DNA of 64,000 nucleotides from an uncultured Thermoleophilia bacterium (lineage in GTDB: Bacteria; Actinomycetota; Thermoleophilia; UBA2241). This document shows, one piece after another, positions 47,160 to 56,745 of the stretch. The DNA lies in NCBI GenBank assembly GCA_963709845.1, contig CAVPXV010000006.1:644098-708097 (forward strand), in the 5' to 3' direction. Made by a program: the position numbers and the translations under genes. Every line of letters starts with the position of its first letter. The stretch's first letter is position 1. A model generated the notes under the pieces. It had not been told where the DNA came from. It did no database searches and saw only the letters and a list, made by a program, of their open reading frames with translations.

Positions 47160-49766
47160 TTGGCCTCGCCCTCCCATTTCTCGACCTGGACCAGACAGGA
47201 GTTGTTGGACATCGCCGTCGAGGTCGGGGTGATGAACCGCTTGTTGGTGAGGATGTTGACGCAGCCGGCGATGTCGGCGGACTCGCCCGGCTCGCCGACC
47301 GGCAGGTAGTCGGCGCAGCGACTCGTAGGAGTGCACCGTGCCGGGGGCCACGCGCTCGGTGAGCTGCGCCGACAGGATGACGGCGCCGCGGTCGTTGAAG
47401 GCGCGGATGAGGTCGCCTTCGGCGATGCCCCGCGCCTCCGCGTCCTTGCTGTTCAGCCGCATGACCCAGTACTAGTGCCCGTCGTCGTGCAGGATGCGGT
47501 GGTCCTTGACCTCGTTGAGCCAGCTCCCTTTGGAGTCGCCCATGGTGTGGAAGCTGAAGCGCGGGTGCGGGCTCACCATCTGCAGCGGGTACCTGTCGTA
47601 GAGATCCGTGGTGTGGTGGCCCTCCCAGCGACGGGATGTACTGCGGGCCCATCGCCGGGCGCTCGGGGTCGACCACGTCGAGCTCGAGGTGCTTGAGCGC
47701 CGTGCTCACGAACTCGATCTTGCCCGACGCCGTCTGCAGACCCTTGAGGCCGACGGTGTCGCCCGGGCGCCGGGCCCCAGTCCGGCGTGTCGCGCTTGCG
47801 GCCCTCGGCGAACCAGCGCATGGCCGGCGTGCTCTTGTGGTCCTCGGGGAAGGGCACGACGAAGTAGCCCTTCTTCTCGAACTCCTCCCAGGTGATGTGC
47901 TTGGGCAGGTCGGTGGCGGCGAAGTAGAGCTTGCACCAGTCGAGCTCGGTGCGGCCGCCGTCGGTGTAGAGGTGGCCGATGCCCATGCGGTCGGCAGACG
48001 GCCGCGAAGATGTCGTAGTCCGACTTGCTCTCGCCGAGCGGCTCGATGCACTTCTTCTGGAAGACGATGACCCGCTGGTTCATCTGGTGGTAGTTGTCGG
48101 GGATGTAGCCCGAGCAGTTGCCGAACTCGCTCATGTCCCAGCGCTCGAAGTTGGTGCAGGCCGGCAGGATGACGTCGGCGAACTTGGCCTCGCCCTCCAT
48201 CCAGATCGACTGGTTGACGACGAAGCTGACCTTGCCCTCCTGGTAGGCCTTCACGTAGCGGTTCGTCTGCTGCATGGTGCCGAAGAACGAACCGCCGTAG
48301 CGCCAGTACATCTCGATGAAGGGATAGCCCGGCGCCGGATACTGGTACTTCTGCATCTGGCTCTCGATCGACGAGCCGCAGAAGCCTTTGCCGCGCCACT
48401 CGAAGCGCTCGTGCATCATCGCCTCAGGGATGCGGAGGCGCGGGATCGCCTGACCCTCGGTGGAGTCGTGCGGGTTCACCGTGATGTGGCGACCCCGACC
48501 CGTGGGGGAACATGCGGTAGGTCCAGCGGTAGGCGGCCGCCGACTTCTCGGGATCGCCGGAGATGCCGCCCTCGGCGTAGCCGGGGAAGATGAAGGACTC
48601 GTCCGCCGGCGCGCCCTGTGAGGTGCCCCAGATGTTGCTGCCCGGCTTGCCGTAGCCCTGCATCGCCGCGAGCGCGATCATCGTGCGGGCCCACTCGTTG
48701 CCCGTGGCCGAGCGGCAGGCGCCGCCCCAGCCGCCGAGGCCGCCGGCGGCGAGCATGGTCTTCTTGGCGCCCCACTCGCGGGCCAGGGCGCGGATCTCGC
48801 CGGGCCGGGACGCCGGACTCGCGCTCCGCCCACTCCGGCGTCTTGGGCACGTTGTCGGTCTTGCCGAGGACGTAGTCCTTCCACTCGTCGAAGCCGTTGG
48901 TCCGCGCCGCGACGTACTCCTTGTCGTACAGGTCCTCGGCCAGCCACGTGTGGGCGATGGCGAGCCCGAAGGCGACGTCGGTGCCGAGCCGCGGCGCGAA
49001 CCACTTGTCGGAGAAGAGCTCGGCCGTGTGGTTGAAGTACGGGTCGACGAACACCATCTTGATGCCGAGCTCTTTCATCCAGTAGCGGCGGCAGGTGCTC
49101 TCGAAGGCCGAGTAGATGCCGCCGCCCGTCGTCTCGGGGTCGGCCGACCAGAACACGATCATCTCGGTGTGCTTGAGCGCGTCCTCCAGCAGGTCCCACT
49201 GCTCGGGGATGCCGAGGCGGTGGCTGTTGCCCCACATGGGGATGCCGCCCCAGTGCCAGCCCTCCCAGCTGTCGGGGTTGTGGGCGCAGTGGCTGAAGCC
49301 CATGAGGTTGAGGAAGCGGTTGTAGGCGCTGTGGCGGTAGCCGATGTTGCCCCACAGATGGTGGGAGCTCTCGGTCGTCATGATGCTGCCGGGCCCGACC
49401 TCGCGATGGCAGCGCTCCACCTCGTCGGCGATGATGTCGAGGGCCGCCTCCCAGCTGATGGGCTCGTAGCCGGAGACGCCGCGGTTGCGGATGTTGCGGG
49501 CGCCCTTGTGGTCGAAGTCGACGCGCTTGAGCGGCGTGAGAATGCGCTTCGGGCGAGTAGACCAACGAGCGCTGGGCCTGTGCGTGCGGCGAAAGCGTCG
49601 TGCGGCGCGGCGGCGTGAACTTGCGGCCCCGCGCCTCGATGACCCAGTCGCCCTTGTCGCCTTCGTCGAGGTCGATGGGGATCATGCGCACGATCTTGCC
49701 GTCCTCGACGTCGACGAACAATGGGCCGCCGGTCGTACAGTTCGTGAGCCTCTCCATGTGACCCAT
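47156..49766 (-). pseudogene. Copy 1 of the large (molybdopterin) subunit of a pyrogallol-phloroglucinol transhydroxylase-like DMSO-reductase-family enzyme, split over at least 7 frames by single-base frameshifts
   Basis: ATG at 49766 with GGAGG-N9, as for copy 2. Segments appear in order across ORFs 48678..49997, 48476..49420, 48424..48756, 47706..48479, 47573..47986, 46897..48399 and 45453..47462. From memory these match the Pelobacter transhydroxylase alpha subunit blocks (TTGGPLFV.V.DGKI, HHLWGNIGYRHS, NPDSWEGWHWGG, AAGGLGGWGGACR, FPGYAEGGISGD, ILPACTNFERWD, CIEP.GES.SDY). Confidence 0.75.
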
Positions 49767-49842
49767 ACTCTCTACCTCCGCTCGCAGCTCGAGGATGGCG
49801 GCCGCGCACGCGATGCGCGCGGGTCTCCCGGTGGTATCCACG

Positions 49843-49863
49843 ATGCGGACGACATGCCCGCAT
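49843..49863. promoter_or_regulatory. Candidate operator ATGCGG-N9-CCGCAT (recurrent motif, site 3) in the divergent alpha-1 / mobAB intergenic region
   Basis: CACGATGCGGACGACATGCCCGCATTTCG read directly. Confidence 0.3.
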
Positions 49864-49969
49864 TTCGGGAATCCTACCGTGGAGGGCGTGGGTGTCAACT
49901 CGCCGACGCCGTTGTCGGCGCCGTCCCCGGCGGCGCGCGGGGCGGCGCTTGGGCTACACTGCCGGAGCC

Positions 49970-51076
49970 GTGTCAAGTGACCAGCCCACAAGCCCACGCC
50001 GCGTCCGCGTCGGCGTCCTGCTCGCCGGCGGGGAGGCGAGGCGCATGGGGCGCGACAAGCGCCTCTTGCGTCTCGCCGGCGCCACGCTGCTCGAGCGCAA
50101 CCTCGCCTTCCTCCGCGACCTGTTCCCGACGGTCGCGCTGTCGCTGCGCGACGCCGACCAGGTCCCCGCCTCGCTGCCGGCCGGCGTCGAGGTCGTGCCC
50201 GACGTGGTGACCGGCTCGCCGCTGGCGGGCCTGGCCTCGGTCCTGGCCCGCTACCAGGAGCCCATCTTCGCGCTCGCCGCAGATCTGGCCTTCAGCGAGC
50301 GCGGCGCGGTCGAGCAGGTGCTGGACGCCTTCCGCGACGTCGACGTCGCGCTGCCGATCGTCGGCGACCACCTCGAGCCGTTGCATGCGGTGTACGGCCC
50401 GGCTTGCGCGGCGCGCATCGAGGAGTTGCTGGAACGGGGCGCGCACAGCATCCTCGACCTGCTCCCCGAGGTGCGCGTGAGGACGGTACGCTTCCCGAGC
50501 GCGGCGCCATTCTTCAACGTGAACACGCCGGACGACTGGCGCGAGGCGCGCCGCCGCGAGCAGGCAGCGGCGCGCGGCGGCCGCCCGGCGGTGCTCGGCG
50601 TCGTCGGCCACCCGGACAGCGGCAAGACGACGCTGATCGAGCGCCTGATCCCCGAGCTCGTCCGTCTCGGCCTCAAGGTCGCGACGGTCAAGAGCGTCGC
50701 GCGCTTCGACATCGACACCCCGGGCAAGGACTCCTGGCGCCACGGCCAGGCCGGAGCGGAGGCGTACGCGGTGGCGTCCGCGAGCAAGCTCGCGTTCGTC
50801 ACCAGCCTGCGCGCCGAGATGGCGCTGGTGCAGCTCGTGGAGCGCTACTTCTCCGAGTACGATATCGTCCTCTGCGAGGGCTACCGGCGCGAGGCGCCGC
50901 ATGTCGTCGAGGTCTTCCGCGCCGCGAGCGAGCATGCGGAGACGCAGGTGCCGCGAGGCGAGCTGCTCGCCCTCGTGACCGATACCGACCTGCCGCACCG
51001 GCACCGCTTCGCGCTCGACGACGCCGCCGGCCTCGCCGCCTTCCTCATCGGCGAACTCGGGCTCGCCCGCGCCTAG
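49970..51076 (+). CDS. mobA: Fused MobA-MobB (molybdenum cofactor guanylyltransferase plus MGD biosynthesis adapter GTPase-like protein)
   Basis: GTG at 49970; the start is uncertain. N-terminal GVLLAGGEARRMG MobA fold. C-terminal VVGHPDSGKTTLIERL P-loop MobB domain highly similar to the stand-alone MobB at 55884. Confidence 0.8.
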   Translation: MSSDQPTSPRRVRVGVLLAGGEARRMGRDKRLLRLAGATLLERNLAFLRDLFPTVALSLRDADQVPASLPAGVEVVPDVVTGSPLAGLASVLARYQEPIFALAADLAFSERGAVEQVLDAFRDVDVALPIVGDHLEPLHAVYGPACAARIEELLERGAHSILDLLPEVRVRTVRFPSAAPFFNVNTPDDWREARRREQAAARGGRPAVLGVVGHPDSGKTTLIERLIPELVRLGLKVATVKSVARFDIDTPGKDSWRHGQAGAEAYAVASASKLAFVTSLRAEMALVQLVERYFSEYDIVLCEGYRREAPHVVEVFRAASEHAETQVPRGELLALVTDTDLPHRHRFALDDAAGLAAFLIGELGLARA

Positions 51077-51227
51077 CGGCAGCACGCACGGCCGGCCGGC
51101 CCCGGCCCGGCGCGCCCCGGGCGTTGACCCGCCGGCCGGCTCTCGCACTATCATGGAAGCAGACCAGAGCACGGGCCGCGTCGCGCCCCGTGACGATCGA
51201 CACCCACGCGAGAGGAGCGCCGAGCCC

Positions 51228-52384
51228 ATGTCCGGAGGAGACCAGAAGCCCGTCACGTCATCGAGTCCCGTGCCCGCGGCGCAGCCCGACCCCGCCGATC
51301 CCGGCGTCTACAGGGGACCGCTGCACCAGACCGCCGCGACGACCGCCACCGACTACTGGAACGACTCCTGCTCCGTCGAGGAGCTGACCTACGCCATCGC
51401 GCGCGGTGCCGTCGGCGCCACCACCAACCCGACGATCGTCGGCGACGTGCTGAAGAAGGAGATGCACCTCTGGCGCGAGCGCATCGCGGCAGATCATCGC
51501 CGAGAACCCGGCCTGGACCGAGGACGAGGTCACCTGGCGCCTCATCGAGGAGATGGCGATACGCGGCGCCGAACTGCTGCTCCCGGTCTTCGCGCGCGAA
51601 GGCGGCATGAAGGGGCGCCTCTCGATCCAGACCGACCCGCGCTTCTACCGCGACGCCGCGCGCATCGCCGCGCAGGCCGTGCGCTTCAGCAGCCTCGCCG
51701 CGAACATGCAGGTCAAGATCCCCGCGACCGGCGCCGGCGTGCAGGCGATCGAGGAGGCGACGGCGGCCGGCGTCAACGATCAACGCCACCGTGTGCTTCA
51801 CCGTGCCGCAGGCGCTCGCCGTGGCCGAGGCGGTGGAGCGTGGGCTGCGGCGCCGCGAGGCGGCCGGCGAGGACGTCGCCGCGATGACGCCGGTGTGCAC
51901 GCTCATGGTCGGCCGCCTCGACGACTGGATGCAGGCGCTGGTCAAGCGCGACGGCGTGGTCGCGACCCCGGGCATCGAGCACTGGGCCGGCGTCGCCTGC
52001 ATGAAGAAGGCCTACGGCATCTTGCGCGAGCGTGGCTACCGCACGCGCCTGCTGGCCGCGGCCTACCGCCACCACCTGCACTGGACCGAGTTCATCGGCG
52101 GCGACGTCGTGCTCACCATCCCCTACGCCTGGCAGCGCCTCTTCAACGAGTCCGACCTCGCGGTCGTGCCGCGCATGGACGAGCCGGTGCCGGCGGCGGT
52201 CGTCGACGAGCTCTACCGCCGCTTCCCCGACTTCCGGCGCGCCTACGACGCGGACGGGATGAGCCCTGAGGAGTTCGACGCCTACGGCGCCACGGCGCGC
52301 ACGCTGCGCGGCTTCATCGCCTCCTACCACGACCTCGTGGCCGTGGTCCGTGACTTCATGCTGCCGAATCCAGACGTAAAGTAG
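51228..52384 (+). CDS. tal: Transaldolase-family protein with two +1 frameshifts (about 51488 and 51779)
   Basis: ATG at 51228. GATTNPTIVGD...WRERI in frame 0. QIIAENPAW...GRLSIQTDPRFY...VKIPATGAGVQAIEE in frame +1. INATVCFTVPQALAVAEAVE...MVGRLDDW in frame +2. Removing a single G at each site gives a continuous protein. Confidence 0.75.
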
Positions 52385-52649
52385 CGTCCCGCGCGGACGG
52401 CCGCGCCGACGCCAGATCCATCATCCATCAGTCGCTCAGCGCGCGCGGCGGCCGGCCGCGTCCCGGCCGCCGCGCGGATTGACGGCTGTGCTACCCTTGC
52501 GCTGTCCGACTCCAAGCCCTCCGCCCTAAGGCGATAGCTACGGGCGCTGGGCCGTACCATGGATAGACCATGGGGCAGCGCGCGAGCGCTGTCGTGGGCC
52601 CGCGGCGGAAACGCCCGGACCTCCCCGTGCTTGGAAAGGAGCAAGGGAC

Positions 52650-53474
52650 ATGAACGCAGGTCCGACCCTGCGCGCTGACGGCGCGCACCCCAAGAAGCCC
52701 AGCCTGCGGCTTGCCGTCGCTCTCGCGCTGCTGCTCGCCGCGCTGGCGATAGTCCTGGCCGCGGGCTGTGGCGGCCAGTCGAGCGGCAGCTCGGGCACCT
52801 CGACCAAGATCACCGTCTTCGGCGCCGCCTCGCTGACCGACGCCTTCACCAAGCTGGGGAGCGACTATACGGCCGCTCATCCGGGCGTGACGGTGGCCTT
52901 CAACTTCGCCGGCAGCCAGGACCTCGTGGCCCAGCTCCAGCAGGGCGCGCCAGCCGACGTGCTGGCCACGGCCGACACCAAGACCATGGACCAGGTCGCG
53001 ACCCTGGTCGGCACGCCGCAGGTCTTCGCGCGCAACAAGCTCGAGATCGCCGTCCCGCCCGGCAACCCGAAGGACATCAAGAGCTTGAAGGATCTTGCCG
53101 ACCCCGGTCTCAAGGTGGTCCTCGCGGCCCCGCAGGTACCGGCCGGGAAGTACGCGCAGGAGATCCTCGGCAAGGCCGGCGTCACCGTGAATCCGGTCTC
53201 GCTCGAGGACAGCGTCAAGGGAGTGGTCACCAAGGTCTCGCTGGGCGAGGCCGACGCCGGCATCGTCTACGTCACCGATATCCAGGCGGCCGGCGGCAAG
53301 CTCGAAGGCGTCGTCATCCCGGACACGCTGAACGTCATCGCCACCTACCCGATCGCCGTCGTGAAGGCGAGCAAGAACGCCCAGGACGCGCAGGCGTTCG
53401 TGGACCTGGTCATGTCCAGCCAGGGCCAGCAGGTGCTGCGCAGCTTCGGCTTCCTGCCGCCGAGCGCGCCATGA
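52650..53474 (+). CDS. modA: Molybdate ABC transporter substrate-binding lipoprotein
   Basis: Signal peptide plus LAAGCGG lipobox. ModA fold motifs (ITVFGAASLTDAF, VLATAD, GIVYVTD). Confidence 0.85.
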   Translation: MNAGPTLRADGAHPKKPSLRLAVALALLLAALAIVLAAGCGGQSSGSSGTSTKITVFGAASLTDAFTKLGSDYTAAHPGVTVAFNFAGSQDLVAQLQQGAPADVLATADTKTMDQVATLVGTPQVFARNKLEIAVPPGNPKDIKSLKDLADPGLKVVLAAPQVPAGKYAQEILGKAGVTVNPVSLEDSVKGVVTKVSLGEADAGIVYVTDIQAAGGKLEGVVIPDTLNVIATYPIAVVKASKNAQDAQAFVDLVMSSQGQQVLRSFGFLPPSAP

Positions 53475-53791
53475 CGCCACACGTCGCTGCGAGCGCCCTT
53501 GACGTGCGCCCGGCAGAGGCTGACCAGTCCGCGGCCGCAAGGCGCGACGGCGTCCAGGCCAGCGAGCGCGCGACCGCGGTGCTCCGTTGCGTCTCGGCGG
53601 AGACGCACGGCCTCACAGTGGTGGAGATCGCGCGCAGCCTCGGCTTGCCGCGTTCCACAACGCACCGCATCGTCGAGGCGCTACGCAGCGAGGGCTTCGT
53701 GCGTAGGGACGCGGCGCGTGGTCATCGGGCAGACCCTTTCGGGACTCGTCTGCATCCGCCGCTCCGCCGAAGAGGGCGAGCCGGTCTGTGA
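53471..53791 (+). pseudogene. Possible remnant of an IclR-family regulator (HTH domain only) in the 525-bp modA-modB spacer
   Basis: ERATAVLRCVSAETHGLTVVEIARSLGLPRSTTHRIVEALRSEGFVRRD aligns with the HTH segments of the three intact IclR genes in this window. No effector domain follows in any frame. Confidence 0.3.
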
Positions 53792-53998
53792 CGTGCGGTC
53801 GCGAACAATCGCGACTTCCGTCCGCTCGCGTGGGCGCCAGGCGGCCGATCCGGTGACCGACCAGGTGACTCCGGGGCCCCCGCCGCGAGGCGGCGGCGCG
53901 GGCAAAGGCCTATCGGTCGTCGCCGGCGACTCCCTCACGAGCGGCCGGGCCGAGGCCACGCCCTGGGCGAGCCCGGCTGAAGACGGCGCGCCGCGACT

Positions 53999-54791
53999 CA
54001 TGCGTCGCGGCAGCGGCGGTGCGCCGTTCGGCTTTGTGCCGCTCGCCGTGGTCGCGTTCGCGTTCCTGACGCTTCCGCTCATCGCCCTCCTCGTCCGTGC
54101 CCCGTGGCGCGACCTGCCCGGCGACCTGACGGCGCCCGGCGTTCTCACCGCCCTGCGTCTCTCGCTCGTGTGCTCGCTGGGAGCGCTCGCTCTCTCGTTG
54201 GTCTTCGGCGTCCCGCTCGCCTGGCTGCTCGCGCGCGTGCCGTTTCGCGGCCGCAACATCGTGCGCGCTCTGGTGCTCCTGCCCATGGTCCTGCCGCCCG
54301 TCGTCGGCGGCGTCGCACTGCTCCTCGCCTTCGGCCGCCACGGCCTCGCCGGGCAGTGGCTCGACAGGGTCTTCGGCGTCACGCTGCCGTTCTCGACCGC
54401 TGGGGCCATGCTCGCCGAGACGTTCGTCGCGATGCCGTTCCTCGTCATCACCGTCGAGGCTGGCATCCGCAGCATGGACCGGCGCTACGAGGACGCCGCC
54501 GCGACGCTTGGCGCCGGCCGCTGGCGCACGTTCCGCCGCGTGACGCTGCCGCTGATCGCACCCGCCCTCGCCGCCGGCGGCGCCCTCTGCTGGGCGCGGG
54601 CCCTCGGAGAGTTCGGTGCGACGATCACCTTCGCCGGCAACCTGCCGGGAACCACGCAGACGATGCCGCTGGCGGTGTACCTCGCCCTGCAGAACAACGC
54701 CGACGCGGCGATCACCCTCAGCCTCGTGATGCTGGCGATCTCGCTGGCGGTCCTGGTGGCGCTGCGCGGCCGCTGGTTCCCTTCGCGATGA
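53999..54791 (+). CDS. modB: Molybdate ABC transporter permease
   Basis: ATG at 53999, inside tracked ORF 53499..54791 whose first 165 codons are non-coding. EAA-loop region ARALGEFGATITFAGN and 5-6 TM segments. Confidence 0.85.
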
Positions 54792-54828
54792 GCGCCCGCG
54801 CGACGAGGCCGGCAGGGGGAGCCCCCCT

Positions 54829-55887
54829 GTGAGCCTCGAGGCGACCATCGGCCTGCGCAAGGGCGCCCTCGACCTTGACGTCGAGCTCGAGGTGTCGAGC
54901 AACGGCGTCGTCGTGCTGCTTGGCCCGAACGCCGCCGGCAAGACGACGCTGCTCCGGGCGCTCGCCGGCCTCGTGCCGCTCGAGCGCGGCCGCGTCGTCC
55001 TCGACGGCGTCGTGCTCGACGACCCGGCGGGCGGCGTGCGCGTCCCCACCGAACGGCGGCCGATCGGCGTCGTCTTCCAGGACTACCTCCTCTTCCCGCA
55101 CCTGTCGGTGCTCGACAACGTGGCCTTCGGGCCTCGGTCGCGCGGCGCCGGGCGCGCCGCCGCGCGGGAGCGCGCCCTCGCGTTGCTCGACCGCGTGGGG
55201 CTGGCCGACTGCGCCGCCGAGAGGCCGCGGGCTCTCTCCGGCGGCCAGGCGCAGCGCGTGGCCCTGGCGCGGGCGCTGGCCACCGACCCTCGCCTCCTGC
55301 TCCTCGACGAGCCGCTCGCGGCCATGGACGCCGGCGCGCGCGCCGAGCTGCGCCGCGGCCTCGGCCGGCACCTCGCCGCGTTTTCCGGGACCTGCCTCGT
55401 GATCACGCACGACCCGATCGAGGCGATGACGCTCGGCGACCAGCTCGTCGTCCTGGAAGCCGGGCGCATCGTGCAGTCCGGGACTCCAAGCGAGCTCTCC
55501 TCGCACCCGCGCTCGCGCTACGTGGCCGACCTTCTCGGCCTGAACCTCTACCGCGGCCGCCCCGAGCAGCGCTCCATCGTGCTCCCGAGCGGCCGGCGCC
55601 TGATCGCCGCCGATCCCGTGCCACAGGGAGGCGAAGTGTTCGCCGTCATCCCTCCGCGGGCGGTCTCCTTGCACCGCACCATGCCTGAAGGCTCGCCGAG
55701 AAACGTCTGGGAGGGAACGGTCGGCGAGCTCGATGTTGCGGGAGATCACGTGCGCGTGCACGTGGGCGGCGACCTGCCGGTCATCGCCGAGGTCACGCCG
55801 GCGGCAGTGGCCGCCCTGCACCTGGGAGAAGGCGGGCCCGTCTTCGTCTCGGTCAAGGCGCTGGAGGTCGAGGTCTACCCCGCATGA
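54829..55887 (+). CDS. modC: Molybdate ABC transporter ATP-binding protein with a C-terminal TOBE domain
   Basis: GTG start. Walker A GPNAAGKTT, LSGGQAQR and Walker B LLLLDEP. C-terminal Mop/TOBE-like 110 aa. Confidence 0.85.
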   Translation: MSLEATIGLRKGALDLDVELEVSSNGVVVLLGPNAAGKTTLLRALAGLVPLERGRVVLDGVVLDDPAGGVRVPTERRPIGVVFQDYLLFPHLSVLDNVAFGPRSRGAGRAAARERALALLDRVGLADCAAERPRALSGGQAQRVALARALATDPRLLLLDEPLAAMDAGARAELRRGLGRHLAAFSGTCLVITHDPIEAMTLGDQLVVLEAGRIVQSGTPSELSSHPRSRYVADLLGLNLYRGRPEQRSIVLPSGRRLIAADPVPQGGEVFAVIPPRAVSLHRTMPEGSPRNVWEGTVGELDVAGDHVRVHVGGDLPVIAEVTPAAVAALHLGEGGPVFVSVKALEVEVYPA

Positions 55888-56516
55888 ACCCTGCGTGGGG
55901 CGCCGGCATTGGGTTTCCCGGCGGGGCACACTCCCGTACCATCTTCGCCATGGACGCCATCGAGCACGCTCGCGGAGGGGCCGACGAGGGGCCGGCCGAG
56001 GCCGGGCCGGCAAGACAGCCGGCCCTCGTGGCCGTCGTCGGCAAGAGCGATTCGGGCAAGACGACTCTGATCGAGAAGGTCGTGCCCGAGCTGGTGAAGC
56101 TCGGCCTGCGCGTCGGGACGGTCAAGCACGACGCGCACAGCTTCGAGATCGACCACCCGGGCAAGGACTCCTGGCGGCACGGCCAAGCCGGCGCCCACGC
56201 CTACGCCATCGCCTCGCCCCAGCGCCTCGCCTTCATCACGCGGCTGGACGGCGAGCTGCCGCTGGTCGACATCGCACGGCGGTTCTTCGCCGGCTTCGAC
56301 CTGGTGGTGGCGGAGGGCTACAAGCGCACGGCACCGCACCGCGTCGAGCTCTTCCGCAGCGGCGCCGGCCACGCCGAGCCCCTCTGCGGCCCCGGCGAGG
56401 CGATCGCGCTCGTCACCGACGCGCCGCTCGCGCACGAGCACCGCTTCGGGCTCGAGGACGCCGCCGGCCTGGCGAGCTTCCTCGCCCTCCGCCTGGACTC
56501 GCTGCGCCAGTACTAG
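55884..56516 (+). CDS. mobB: Stand-alone MobB (MGD biosynthesis adapter protein)
   Basis: The ATG overlaps the modC stop (ATGA). VVGKSDSGKTTLIEKV P-loop. Paralog of the MobB half of 49970..51076. Confidence 0.8.
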   Translation: MNPAWGAGIGFPGGAHSRTIFAMDAIEHARGGADEGPAEAGPARQPALVAVVGKSDSGKTTLIEKVVPELVKLGLRVGTVKHDAHSFEIDHPGKDSWRHGQAGAHAYAIASPQRLAFITRLDGELPLVDIARRFFAGFDLVVAEGYKRTAPHRVELFRSGAGHAEPLCGPGEAIALVTDAPLAHEHRFGLEDAAGLASFLALRLDSLRQY

Positions 56517-56610
56517 CGCGGCCGGGCCCCGTCTGGTCCTGTCTCAGGTCCCCCGCCCCGGCGGATCCCCGCCGCCGCAACGGCCGCGCGCGACTCGCCC
56601 AGCCCTACAC

Positions 56611-56639
56611 TTGACACTACCCGGCGAGGGATGGAGTAT
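56611..56639 (+). promoter_or_regulatory. Candidate promoter for the intact molybdoenzyme operon: -35 TTGACA, 17-nt spacer, -10 GAGTAT
   Basis: Hexamers read directly, about 105 nt upstream of the alpha-2 ATG and immediately followed by the palindromic site at 56647. Confidence 0.3.
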
Positions 56640-56646
56640 GCCCGTA

Positions 56647-56668
56647 ATGCGGTTCAGGTAATCCGCAT
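56647..56668. promoter_or_regulatory. Candidate operator ATGCGG-N10-CCGCAT (recurrent motif, site 4) just downstream of the candidate promoter for alpha-2
   Basis: GTAATGCGGTTCAGGTAATCCGCATCG read directly; perfect 6-bp arms plus GTAAT direct repeats. Confidence 0.35.
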
Positions 56669-56745
56669 CGCGGACAGTACCCCGTGAGCCGCGCTCTGCT
56701 CGAGCCGCGGCCGCCCCAGCCGAGCCAGATGCGGAGGTCAGCAGT

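Noticed and set aside
56517-56745. Molybdenum-cofactor (Moco) riboswitch in the 229-nt leader upstream of the intact molybdoenzyme operon
   Set aside because: I cannot reproduce the Moco RNA consensus from memory well enough to test it. The region is better explained by a promoter plus the recurrent ATGCGG/CCGCAT operator. A covariance-model search (Rfam RF01055) would settle it.
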